A stretch of DNA of 64,000 nt from Bacillota bacterium (GTDB lineage Bacteria > Bacillota > Clostridia > Peptostreptococcales > Anaerovoracaceae), in assembly GCA_030530285.1 (NCBI GenBank), contig JAUMVD010000001.1:26273-90272 (forward strand), in the 5' to 3' direction. The notes under the pieces were generated by a model. That model was given only the letters and a program-made list of their open reading frames with translations. It had not been told where the DNA came from and searched no databases. A program made the position numbers and the translations under genes. This document shows positions 1 to 7,877 of this stretch, one piece after another. Position 1 is the stretch's first letter. Every line of letters starts with the position of its first letter.

Positions 1-570
1 GCGTCGAAGGTAGAATATATGAAAATGGCCGCCTTGTTCCACGACATCGGCAAGCCGGACACATTTTTTATCGGTGAGGATGGCATCGGCCACATGTACG
101 GACATCCGGCGAGAGGTGAGGAAATCGTCAGAGAGATCATGGCGGATATGAAGGCGGACAGGTTCACCACAGAGAAGGTGGCGCTGCTGGTCAAGTACCA
201 TGATCTGGTGTTTCAGAATGACAGAAAACTGCTTAAGAAATGGATGAATAAATACGGCGCGGAGCTTTTGCTGGAAATCCTGCACATCAAGCGGGCGGAT
301 AATATCGCAACCGGGAATATGAGCGGTGAGCTTGCCGATAAGTTTGATGCCGTGGAGCAAACGATAGCGGAAATCGTGGAGTCCAGTGAATGTTTCAGTA
401 TCAAAGACCTTGCCATTGACGGCAGAGATGTTACCGCGGCAATAAAAGAAGGACCTGAAGTAGGAATGATCCTGCAGCAGATCCTTGAAGAAGTCATAGA
501 TGGAAGTCTCGAAAACGATCGGGACGAGCTCCTGGCCCGGATGCGCGAACTCGTCAAATCCCTGCCTTGA
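1..570 (+). CDS. HD-domain C-terminal part of a tRNA nucleotidyltransferase/poly(A) polymerase-family (CCA-adding-like) protein; 5' end lies outside the window
   Basis: Frame 1 is open from nt 1 into listed ORF 19..570. HD signature AALFHDIGKP, then YGHP and HIKRADN. Confidence 0.6.
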   Translation, partial: ASKVEYMKMAALFHDIGKPDTFFIGEDGIGHMYGHPARGEEIVREIMADMKADRFTTEKVALLVKYHDLVFQNDRKLLKKWMNKYGAELLLEILHIKRADNIATGNMSGELADKFDAVEQTIAEIVESSECFSIKDLAIDGRDVTAAIKEGPEVGMILQQILEEVIDGSLENDRDELLARMRELVKSLP

Positions 571-1759
571 GCAGTTCGATGAACTGACGCGCGGTACGCG
601 GGCTCCTGCCGTTTCTGCGGATGGCGTGGGCCTCGGCTCTGCGGAACAGTTCCTCGTCTTCCATGATGAGCCCGTATTCGTCGGCCAGTGATCGGACGAT
701 GGACAGATATTCATCCTTGTCCGGTTTCTGGAATGTGATGGTAAGGCCGAATCTGGCGGCCAGGCTCATGGTTTCCTGCAGGGTGTCATTGAGGTGCAGG
801 TCATCGTCAAATCCGCCGCCGGCCATGCGGTCGCTGGCGCGCTCTCTGACCAGATGCCGTCTGTTGCTGGTGGCGTAGATCGCGGTGTTGCTGCTGCATC
901 CGGAAATGCTGCCTTCCAGGATGGCCTTAAGAGCGGAGAAGTTGTCATCGTTTCCGGCGAAACTTAAATCGTCAATAAACAATATGAATTTCAATGGGTT
1001 TGAAGCCAGTTCATCCATGATCTCAGGAATCTGGAAGAGCTGGTTTTTCTTTACCTCTACGATTCTGAGGCCCCGGTTTGCATACGCCGCTGCGACGGCT
1101 TTGATGGTGGAGCTTTTGCCTGTGCCCATATCGCCGTAAAGCAGCATATTGCTGGCGCCGGTGCCGTTTAACAGAGCTTCCGTGTTTTTGATGATAAGAC
1201 CGCGTTCGCGCTCGTAACCGAACAGCTGATCCAGCCGCTGGTAGTCCGGATGTGTGACAGGTGTGATATGCCCGTCAACAATACGGAAGAATGTATATTT
1301 GGCGAAATCCCCGTAGCCGGTTTCTCCCAGTCGGCCCAGCTTAGCGGAAAACTCTGCGGCCAGATGCAGGCTGCGGGTGTTCCATGATGGCAGATAGAGT
1401 TCATCGGCGCATTCCGGCAGATTGCTGCGCAGGATGGCCTGCATATCTGATGAAGTTACAGAAGCGATCTCTTCCAGCGTCTGCAGCTCGTGCTTGACGG
1501 CCTCGGTTATGGCCGCGTCCGGCTCATTGCCTGCGGCGATGGATTTAACATAGAAGTTATCGTCCTCCAGCGCCAGATCCCGTATATGTCCGGACAGATC
1601 ATCGGTGGTCTGATACAGGTTTGAAACAAAACAGCTGTAATCCGAGATCGTAAGACTGTCCAGAAGAATCCTGAGAGAACGGATGACGGGATCTGCCTTC
1701 AGATCAGCAAACACTGTAAGGGAATCTATCTTCATTTTTAATTCGGTCGTGTTTAACAT
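554..1759 (-). CDS. DUF815-type P-loop/AAA ATPase
   Basis: 401-aa ORF. Walker A LLYGDMGTGKSS and Walker B-like FILFIDDLSF. Confidence 0.7.
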   Translation of the reverse strand: MLNTTELKMKIDSLTVFADLKADPVIRSLRILLDSLTISDYSCFVSNLYQTTDDLSGHIRDLALEDDNFYVKSIAAGNEPDAAITEAVKHELQTLEEIASVTSSDMQAILRSNLPECADELYLPSWNTRSLHLAAEFSAKLGRLGETGYGDFAKYTFFRIVDGHITPVTHPDYQRLDQLFGYERERGLIIKNTEALLNGTGASNMLLYGDMGTGKSSTIKAVAAAYANRGLRIVEVKKNQLFQIPEIMDELASNPLKFILFIDDLSFAGNDDNFSALKAILEGSISGCSSNTAIYATSNRRHLVRERASDRMAGGGFDDDLHLNDTLQETMSLAARFGLTITFQKPDKDEYLSIVRSLADEYGLIMEDEELFRRAEAHAIRRNGRSPRTARQFIELLKAGI

Positions 1760-1789
1760 CGTAATACCTCTTAAGGGATTGGATTATCA

Positions 1790-2095
1790 TCAGAAATACG
1801 TTTCTATATGTTTACGAACCAGCGACAAAGCGTTCTCATAGCCGCCGGCATCTTCCCAGTCGCCCGAGATATAATATTTAACGAGATTGTAGATCCGGTC
1901 TCTGTAATAATCCAGAGCGCCTTCCAGATTCCGGCCTTCTGTGATGAGCTGGCGTACATCCGCAGGGGAGTAGTCAATCGTAATTGTTCCGCGTTTCTTA
2001 CCGGTCTCATCGGATTCTGATTCCGTAACATCGATGATGGCCAGTTCGCATCGGCTGCCGAATTCCAGTACGGGTTCCAATCTGATTTTTCGCAT
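1790..2095 (-). CDS. hypothetical protein (101 aa)
   Basis: Listed ORF 1790..2275 trimmed to the ATG at 2095. That ATG is preceded by AAGGAGG (reverse strand); the upstream extension has no RBS. Confidence 0.5.
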   Translation of the reverse strand: MRKIRLEPVLEFGSRCELAIIDVTESESDETGKKRGTITIDYSPADVRQLITEGRNLEGALDYYRDRIYNLVKYYISGDWEDAGGYENALSLVRKHIETYF

Positions 2096-2268
2096 GGTGT
2101 CCTCCTTGTTGATGATGAAAGTATTATACATCATAATTGGCAGGTGGTAAATCAAGCAGATTCTTCTGAATGTCCTCTGCCTCATTATATGGTTATTTCT
2201 ATGCAAATCAAAGAAAGAATCGAGCAATGCAGACAAAAGAACCAATATTCTGAATACGATCAAAAGCA

Positions 2269-2296
2269 TTGACACAAGCTGATGAACTGTGATAAT
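2269..2296 (+). promoter_or_regulatory. sigma-70-type promoter (TTGACA, 16-nt spacer, extended -10 TGtGATAAT)
   Basis: TTGACA at 2269-2274 and TGTGATAAT at 2288-2296. The listed ATG at 2282 lies inside this promoter. Confidence 0.5.
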
Positions 2297-2338
2297 TTTT
2301 TCCCGGCCGCGCGGGAGGCGTGCCGGAAGGGAATGACG

Positions 2339-2548
2339 ATGAGGAAAGACAACGTCACGGAAGAATACGTGAAATTCGAAAATGAGGACGGGATCCTGAA
2401 AGACTACGATCCTGACCTTGTGAGGATAGATGAAGAAGAAAGCCTAAGAGAGGATCTCTCAGGCTATGTTTATGAGAACAAAGAGGGGGACAGCAGGCAA
2501 TACCTGCCGCAGACGCTGTCGGAAAAAAGCCCTGTCATCGCGATCTGA
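2339..2548 (+). CDS. small acidic hypothetical protein (69 aa)
   Basis: Listed ORF 2282..2548 trimmed to the ATG at 2339, which follows GGAAGGG by 7 nt. Confidence 0.4.
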   Translation: MRKDNVTEEYVKFENEDGILKDYDPDLVRIDEEESLREDLSGYVYENKEGDSRQYLPQTLSEKSPVIAI

Positions 2549-2550
2549 TA

Positions 2551-2814
2551 ATGGGAGTAGTCGATAGCTACAATCAGGGGAGAGGTTTTAAAGGGATTGT
2601 TGATGATTTCGTAGTCAACGCGACGTTTGTGGTTGCAGGACTGGTTATTGGAGCGGTTGTTACAACATTAGCGACATCAATAATTGGAAGCGTTGCTGTA
2701 GGTGCTTTTGTAGGTCTGATTGTAAGCAGTGCGGTTAGTGATGCAACTGAAAGGTTTGGGTTAAAGAAACGCTATAGGAAAGGAGTGAAATACATCAGTA
2801 ATGAATTACTATAA
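2551..2814 (+). CDS. small Gly/Ala/Val-rich two-TM membrane peptide (87 aa), translationally coupled to the upstream ORF
   Basis: The ATG lies 2 nt after the upstream TGA and has no RBS of its own. Hydrophobic stretch VVAGLVIGAVVTTLATSIIGSVAVGAFVGLIVSSAV, then a basic tail KKRYRKGVK. Confidence 0.4.
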   Translation: MGVVDSYNQGRGFKGIVDDFVVNATFVVAGLVIGAVVTTLATSIIGSVAVGAFVGLIVSSAVSDATERFGLKKRYRKGVKYISNELL

Positions 2815-2886
2815 GAATGTTGAGGACTTCATTTCCCATAGGGAGTTGCAAGATACGAAAAGATAAAATGGAAAGGGATACTCGGA

Positions 2887-3438
2887 ATGGCAGTATTTAG
2901 CATTATTTGCTCATTGCTGATGTGCCGGGGCCCCCTGATTTATGTTATCAGTGCATTGAATATTGCAGTTGTAATAGTATTATTAGTGATAATACACTCC
3001 CGCAAAGTAAAGTATATATTTTTTTTCGAGGGTCTACAGGGGCTAATTCTTTTGTTTAGTCTTGCTTCTGCTATCAGTGCTTTAATTATTGGCTCCGGAG
3101 GACACGCAAAGTATAAAGTGTTTTTTATAGCAGTATTGGTTTGGATCATAACAGCAGTGATAGAAGTGATACTAACAAGGAGAAGAATCAGGAAGGGGTA
3201 TTATGCCCTAAACAAAATATATAAAAGTAATAGGGAAGATTTATTAGTTGTAGTAGCTCCGGGCTGTTATCTCGCCTACAAACTAGGGGGAGAAATGGAT
3301 TCAACTGTAATATTTGAGGGGTTTCTGATCCTGTTTCTGGTGTTTGTCATAAAAATTGTCGAATCTTTCATGATGCATTACTATGTAAATAAATATGACC
3401 TTGAGGATAAGATCAGAATCGGAGATGTCAGAACCTGA
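2887..3438 (+). CDS. polytopic membrane protein (183 aa), immunity-like by position
   Basis: Several hydrophobic segments. AT-rich codon usage differs from the flanking genes. Confidence 0.5.
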   Translation: MAVFSIICSLLMCRGPLIYVISALNIAVVIVLLVIIHSRKVKYIFFFEGLQGLILLFSLASAISALIIGSGGHAKYKVFFIAVLVWIITAVIEVILTRRRIRKGYYALNKIYKSNREDLLVVVAPGCYLAYKLGGEMDSTVIFEGFLILFLVFVIKIVESFMMHYYVNKYDLEDKIRIGDVRT

Positions 3439-3447
3439 TTGGGTTGA

Positions 3448-4455
3448 CTGACACTGAGAAGATACGGCTTTTACTACTGCAACGCCAGGTATTATGACTC
3501 TCATGATGCGTGCTTTACCAGCATGGATACCTACAGAGGTGACGGTACGCTTCCTCTTACCCTGAACCTTTACATCTACTGCGGCGGGAATCCCATCAAC
3601 TTCACTGACCCGACAGGGCATTCATTTTTGGGGAAGATCTTCAAAAAAGCTAAACGTGTCGTAAGGAAGGCCTTCAGAGCAGTAAAAAGATCTGTAAAGA
3701 GGACGGTCAAAAGAGCCGTCAGGTCAGTCCGAAACAAAGCGAGAGCCGCATCATCAAAGATAAAGGCCGTAAAGAAAAAATTAAAGAAGAAGAGAAAGAA
3801 GAATATACCAACTATGAAAAGTCAAGGGAATAATCAGAAGAAAAGTAAAAGTATGAAATATGAAATTGTTGACATCTCTGTACTGCCGGAGAACTTAAAA
3901 GACCCAAGGGACTTGACAAAGAAAGAAGTTCAAAGAATGTTTGATTGGTATATCGATCAGAAGGATAAAAGGATAGAGATATTAAGAGAATGGGTAAATC
4001 ATACTTCAGATCATCCCATCACTTTTGATTACACACCGGAATCTTTGATAGATATATGGGAATGGTTTGAGGAACGTATGCAGAAAAAGAAAAGGACCCG
4101 GGAAGAGATCCTTGAAGAGAGAAAAGATAACCCGGAATGGATGTACGAATATATACCCGATGATAAGTTCACATATGAGACACTAAGTTATATATATGAC
4201 ATTGCGTATTACTTTGGTGAGGTCATGGTCAGGAACAATCCGGAACTGTACTGGGGGTATTTCACAAAGCCGAGGAACTATGCAGATGTCAATGAGCCTG
4301 TAGTGTTGGGGTTCATTAAGAAGAAGTCTCTTAACCCGCGAAGAATAGTAAATGTTTGCGCGTTGAAATCATGGGATAAAAGAAATAAAGAAGAGGTATA
4401 TGAAACATACAATGTTTGGAAATCATATATACAGCTCACGAGTAAAACAGAATAA
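3448..4455 (+). pseudogene. 5'-truncated RHS/YD-repeat core tail, continuing into a Lys/Arg-rich segment and a ~200-aa domain
   Basis: The frame is open from 3448 and reads LTLRRYGFYYCNARYYDSHDACFTSMDTYRGDGTLPLTLNLYIYCGGNPINFTDPTGH. This matches the RHS core end motif (RYYDxxxGRFxSxDP ... NLYxYxxNNPxxxxDPxG). There is no upstream YD repeat and no start codon before the ATG at 3523. Confidence 0.65.
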
Positions 4456-4546
4456 TGTAAGTACTGAACAAATGTATTATGACACAAACAGTAAAAATGG
4501 AAAGGAGAGTATGATTTAGCTTCTAACTAATCATACAAGCAAAAAA

Positions 4547-5218
4547 ATGAGGATGGATATAGAAAAAGAAGTTGATCAATACTTAGAGGTTATATTAGGG
4601 AAAAATATAGTGGAAGGGCATTTCAAAGCTCACAGTATCGCGCTGTTTGTTTTATGGTGTGTTATTATTTTGGGCTTGAATGCATTTTCGATAATGTGCC
4701 TCAAGCATTGGTGGCCATTGTCTTTTGGATTTTTCATTGTTGTAATACTAATGATAAAGGCAGGGAGCCTAATTCGGAAAAAAGACTATTCGTGGTTCTT
4801 ATATATTCCATATGTGGGGACGGGTCTCATCTTATCATTACTATCCATACTAGCAGGAGTAAGGAGCCTTGAGGTTAGCACTCTTTATTATTTGGTAACA
4901 ATGGCAGTATTTGTTGGTGGGGCGGTGTCGTTTTCACGCATTTTGTTTAAGTCTCTTATGAAACAAATTGAAACAAAAACGACTAAGGACACGTCTTCTG
5001 GTTATGGCGGAATTTCAACCATGCTGGGTCTAATTGCGGCAACCTTTTCGATGGTAATAGCAGAACGGATGTCATCTCCGACGCAGGCCCTTTTTTTTGC
5101 CATTGCACTAGCATTTGTTCAGGGCTGTAATATATATTTTATAACACCGTATGTATTAGGCAAACAATATGATCCGAGCGGAGAACTTATTGCGAAAATC
5201 AGACAAAAGAACGGTTGA
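4547..5218 (+). CDS. polytopic membrane protein (223 aa), immunity-like by position
   Basis: At least five hydrophobic segments and AT-rich codon usage. There is no SD at 4547; an in-frame SD-driven ATG-ATT-TAG sits at 4511-4519. Confidence 0.5.
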   Translation: MRMDIEKEVDQYLEVILGKNIVEGHFKAHSIALFVLWCVIILGLNAFSIMCLKHWWPLSFGFFIVVILMIKAGSLIRKKDYSWFLYIPYVGTGLILSLLSILAGVRSLEVSTLYYLVTMAVFVGGAVSFSRILFKSLMKQIETKTTKDTSSGYGGISTMLGLIAATFSMVIAERMSSPTQALFFAIALAFVQGCNIYFITPYVLGKQYDPSGELIAKIRQKNG

Positions 5219-5302
5219 CACCTGCACTCCAACGATGTATTATGTTAATGCAATATTGTTTTAACGCAATAAAGCAATCAGAGGAGAAAGGAGGCGTCTG
5301 AT

Positions 5303-5446
5303 ATGACCATTATAGTGAAGGACGATAAGGGCGAAGTCGTCATCGAGAAGGAAGTTGACGCGAAGGAATGCAGGATCGATATTACCGAGAGTCTGAACGG
5401 TCAGATCCAGTGCTCCGTCCAGCAGATGATTGCTTCAATACATTGA
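5303..5446 (+). CDS. small ORF (47 aa), not in the ORF track
   Basis: The ATG at 5303 lies 7 nt after GGAGAAAGGAGG. Peptide MTIIVKDDKGEVVIEKEVDAKECRIDITESLNGQIQCSVQQMIASIH. A terminator follows. Confidence 0.4.
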   Translation: MTIIVKDDKGEVVIEKEVDAKECRIDITESLNGQIQCSVQQMIASIH

Positions 5447-5470
5447 TCGGGACATTGATCGCATTGATCA

Positions 5471-5492
5471 GGAGGCCTGCGGGCCTCTTTTT
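5471..5492 (+). terminator. rho-independent terminator
   Basis: GAGGCC-TGCG-GGCCTC followed by TTTTT. Confidence 0.7.
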
Positions 5493-5530
5493 ATATTGTC
5501 AGAAACTGGAATATGCGTTAAAATATAACC

Positions 5531-5767
5531 ATGAATATGATGAATTTTGAGAGTATTTTCAAAGTCATGCAGGCGAAGGATACGTTCATGAGAAACCATC
5601 CTAAGATGGAACGATTCATAGGCAATGTCCAGGCCAAAGGCTTTTGCGAAAATCAGGAGATAGCTGTAGCGGTACGCTATCCCGACGGAACTGAATACAA
5701 GACAGGCATCAGAGTGACGCAGTCGGATCTGGAACTTCTCAATGCCCTGAAGAACATCAAGGGGTAG
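5531..5767 (+). CDS. small hypothetical protein (78 aa) coupled to rluB
   Basis: The ORF ends 3 nt before the rluB ATG. No function recognised. Confidence 0.45.
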   Translation: MNMMNFESIFKVMQAKDTFMRNHPKMERFIGNVQAKGFCENQEIAVAVRYPDGTEYKTGIRVTQSDLELLNALKNIKG

Positions 5768-5770
5768 GCT

Positions 5771-6475
5771 ATGAGATTGAATAAGTATATTGCCTCTGCA
5801 GGCGTATGCAGCAGGCGTAAGGCCGACGAACTCATCGCCAATGGGAACGTGAAGGTCAATCACGCTGTCGTTCGCGAGATGGGTTTTGATGTGGGCGAGG
5901 GCGACAGAGTCGTCGTCAATGGCAAACTGATCGACGGAAGTAAACCTAAGGTCTATGTCGCCGTGAACAAACCCATGGGATACATCACGTCCATGGACGA
6001 CGATAAAGACAGAGCGACGGTCGCGGAGTTGGTGGCGGATATTCCCGAGAGATTATTTCCTGTGGGCAGACTGGACTATAATACGACGGGGCTTTTGCTG
6101 ATGACCAACGACGGTGAGCTGACGTACGCGCTGACGCACCCCAAACACGAGGTCGGTAAAACATATGTCGCTACGGTTGCCGGCGTGCTGTCGGATAAGA
6201 GAATCGCGCAGCTCAGGCGCGGCGTCGATATCGGCGGATTCGTAACATCCCCTGCGAAGGTGAAAGTGATCAGGCAAAACCCGCGCTCCACCGTTGTGGA
6301 GATCACCATACACGAGGGGAAGAACCGTCAGGTGCGTAAGATGTTCGCGGCGGTAGGAAACAGAGTCCAGTCTCTGCAGCGCATCGCGGTGGGCGATATC
6401 AGACTGGGCAGACTCAAAGAAGGTCACTACAGGAAGCTGACCAGGAATGAGATAGAATATTTAAAAACACTATAG
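5771..6475 (+). CDS. rluB: 23S rRNA pseudouridine synthase, RsuA/RluB family
   Basis: S4 domain MRLNKYIASAGVCSRRKADELI, catalytic motif VGRLDYNTTGLLL, and KNRQVRKM. Confidence 0.85.
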   Translation: MRLNKYIASAGVCSRRKADELIANGNVKVNHAVVREMGFDVGEGDRVVVNGKLIDGSKPKVYVAVNKPMGYITSMDDDKDRATVAELVADIPERLFPVGRLDYNTTGLLLMTNDGELTYALTHPKHEVGKTYVATVAGVLSDKRIAQLRRGVDIGGFVTSPAKVKVIRQNPRSTVVEITIHEGKNRQVRKMFAAVGNRVQSLQRIAVGDIRLGRLKEGHYRKLTRNEIEYLKTL

Positions 6476-6488
6476 AATCTGTAAGAGA

Positions 6489-7268
6489 CTATTTCGAAAG
6501 ATTGCGGAAGTGTTTGCGGTGCATGTACTTGCGCCGAGGCATTTTGAGCTTGCTAAGGCCACGGTTGTAGATTTTGTAACCCAGAATCCCGGTCCAGTGG
6601 TCTTTTGCTTTGCCTTTTTTCGTGTCTTTGCGCTCGATGCCGGTGGCGGAAATAATCGTCCCGTTCTTGATGGCGTCGATGAAGTCGACGTTGCAGGTGA
6701 TGTCGGCATCGATCTCCGTCCAGGCCATGCCGATGTACTTGCTGCTGTGGGCGTCGGTGCCGGAAGTTCCGGGAAGACCGTATTTGGCTGCCAGCTCCGA
6801 TGCCAGATAGTTAGAATCGTGCTTCTCGCAGGTGTTAAAGACTTCTACGAAATCGATCTGCTCCAGAAGTTTAATGTCCATGAGCTTGAAACCCATGGCT
6901 GAGGATGAGGCAACGCCAAACGGATGCGCCAGTCCGACGATGCCGCCCAGCGAATGGACGAGGCGGATCAGCTTCATGCAGCGCATGCCGCGGATTTTGA
7001 GCAGTTTAGGGTACAGACCGTCCGGAAGCACCACAAGTACATGGCCGGCATCCTTGGTATCGTACTCGATGCCGCAGATGACTGTCATTCCGGAATATTC
7101 GGGCAGATCTCTCATATACGCCCATTTCTTACATGCGCGGTAGCTGTTATGATCGGCGAACATGAAGCCGTCATAACCCAGCATGCGGTATTTACGCAGG
7201 TATTCCGAAAGCGGCACTTTAGAGTCGAATGATCCCTCTTTCGTGTGGCAGTGCAGGTCAAATTTCAA
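6489..7268 (-). CDS. PHP-domain metal-dependent phosphoesterase
   Basis: MKFDLHCHTKEGSFDS at the N-terminus, then FADHNS and GTDAHS histidine motifs. Confidence 0.75.
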   Translation of the reverse strand: MKFDLHCHTKEGSFDSKVPLSEYLRKYRMLGYDGFMFADHNSYRACKKWAYMRDLPEYSGMTVICGIEYDTKDAGHVLVVLPDGLYPKLLKIRGMRCMKLIRLVHSLGGIVGLAHPFGVASSSAMGFKLMDIKLLEQIDFVEVFNTCEKHDSNYLASELAAKYGLPGTSGTDAHSSKYIGMAWTEIDADITCNVDFIDAIKNGTIISATGIERKDTKKGKAKDHWTGILGYKIYNRGLSKLKMPRRKYMHRKHFRNLSK

Positions 7269-7310
7269 ATCAGTATCCTCTTATCCTCATCCATCATTCT
7301 TTACGAAAAG

Positions 7311-7347
7311 AAAAAGCTGTCGCCGGCAAATGGCGGACGACAGCCTT
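7311..7347 (-). terminator. rho-independent terminator after kal
   Basis: Reverse strand reads GCTGTCGTCCGCC-ATTT-GCCGGCGACAGC followed by TTTTTCTTTT. Confidence 0.6.
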
Positions 7348-7357
7348 GGTAACGAAA

Positions 7358-7747
7358 TTATTTTCTCTTCATTTCTTTAGGGGTAACGCATGTTCCGGAA
7401 GCTCTGGCTACTACGATAGGCTCTTCCAGGAAATCAGCTGCTGAGTCATTGATGTCCTTTCTGGAAACAATGACTTTTCTTGCTTCAAATACCATGTGTC
7501 TTGAAGTGTTACCAATCTTATCTATCTCACCGTATGCTTCGATATAGTCGCCAGCATAAGTCGGTGCCAGGAATTCAACATTGTCATATGCGCAGAAGAG
7601 GCCCTCGTCTCCGTCCAGCTTGATCAGCAGTTCTGTAGCAACATCACCAAAGAGGTGTACCATGTGCGCGCCGTCTACCAGTTCGCCGCCGTAGTGGGCA
7701 TCTTTCGCTGACATTCTGAGTCTTAAAGTTGAAGTGATCTTTTCCAT
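7358..7747 (-). CDS. kal: hotdog-fold protein, probable 3-aminobutyryl-CoA ammonia-lyase
   Basis: 129 aa from the ATG at 7747, which follows AAAGGAG. Size and position beside kdd/kamA/kamDE match Kal of the lysine fermentation pathway. Confidence 0.6.
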   Translation of the reverse strand: MEKITSTLRLRMSAKDAHYGGELVDGAHMVHLFGDVATELLIKLDGDEGLFCAYDNVEFLAPTYAGDYIEAYGEIDKIGNTSRHMVFEARKVIVSRKDINDSAADFLEEPIVVARASGTCVTPKEMKRK

Positions 7748-7799
7748 GTTCAATCTCCTTTTCATTTATACGTTGTTATTTTACCACACTTTTTATTTA

Positions 7800-7817
7800 T
7801 TGCAAAAGCAATGCCAA
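7800..7817 (-). promoter_or_regulatory. sigma-54 (-24/-12) promoter driving kal
   Basis: Reverse strand reads TTGGCAT-TGCTT-TTGCAA, which is TGGCAY-N5-TTGCW with exact spacing, about 50 nt upstream of the kal ATG. Confidence 0.7.
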
Positions 7818-7845
7818 TGGTTTATCATTGAAAATGACAGGAATT

Positions 7846-7861
7846 GAACCGAAAACGGTTC
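7846..7861. promoter_or_regulatory. inverted repeat GAACC-N6-GGTTC (candidate activator site 1)
   Basis: TGAACCGAAAACGGTTCA lies between the kal sigma-54 promoter and the regulator start codon. Confidence 0.5.
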
Positions 7862-7877
7862 ACGAAAGGAAAGAACG

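Noticed and set aside
2282-2338. ATG at 2282 as the start of the first islet ORF.
   Set aside because: It lies between the -35 and -10 of the only plausible promoter. The ATG at 2339 has better SD spacing.
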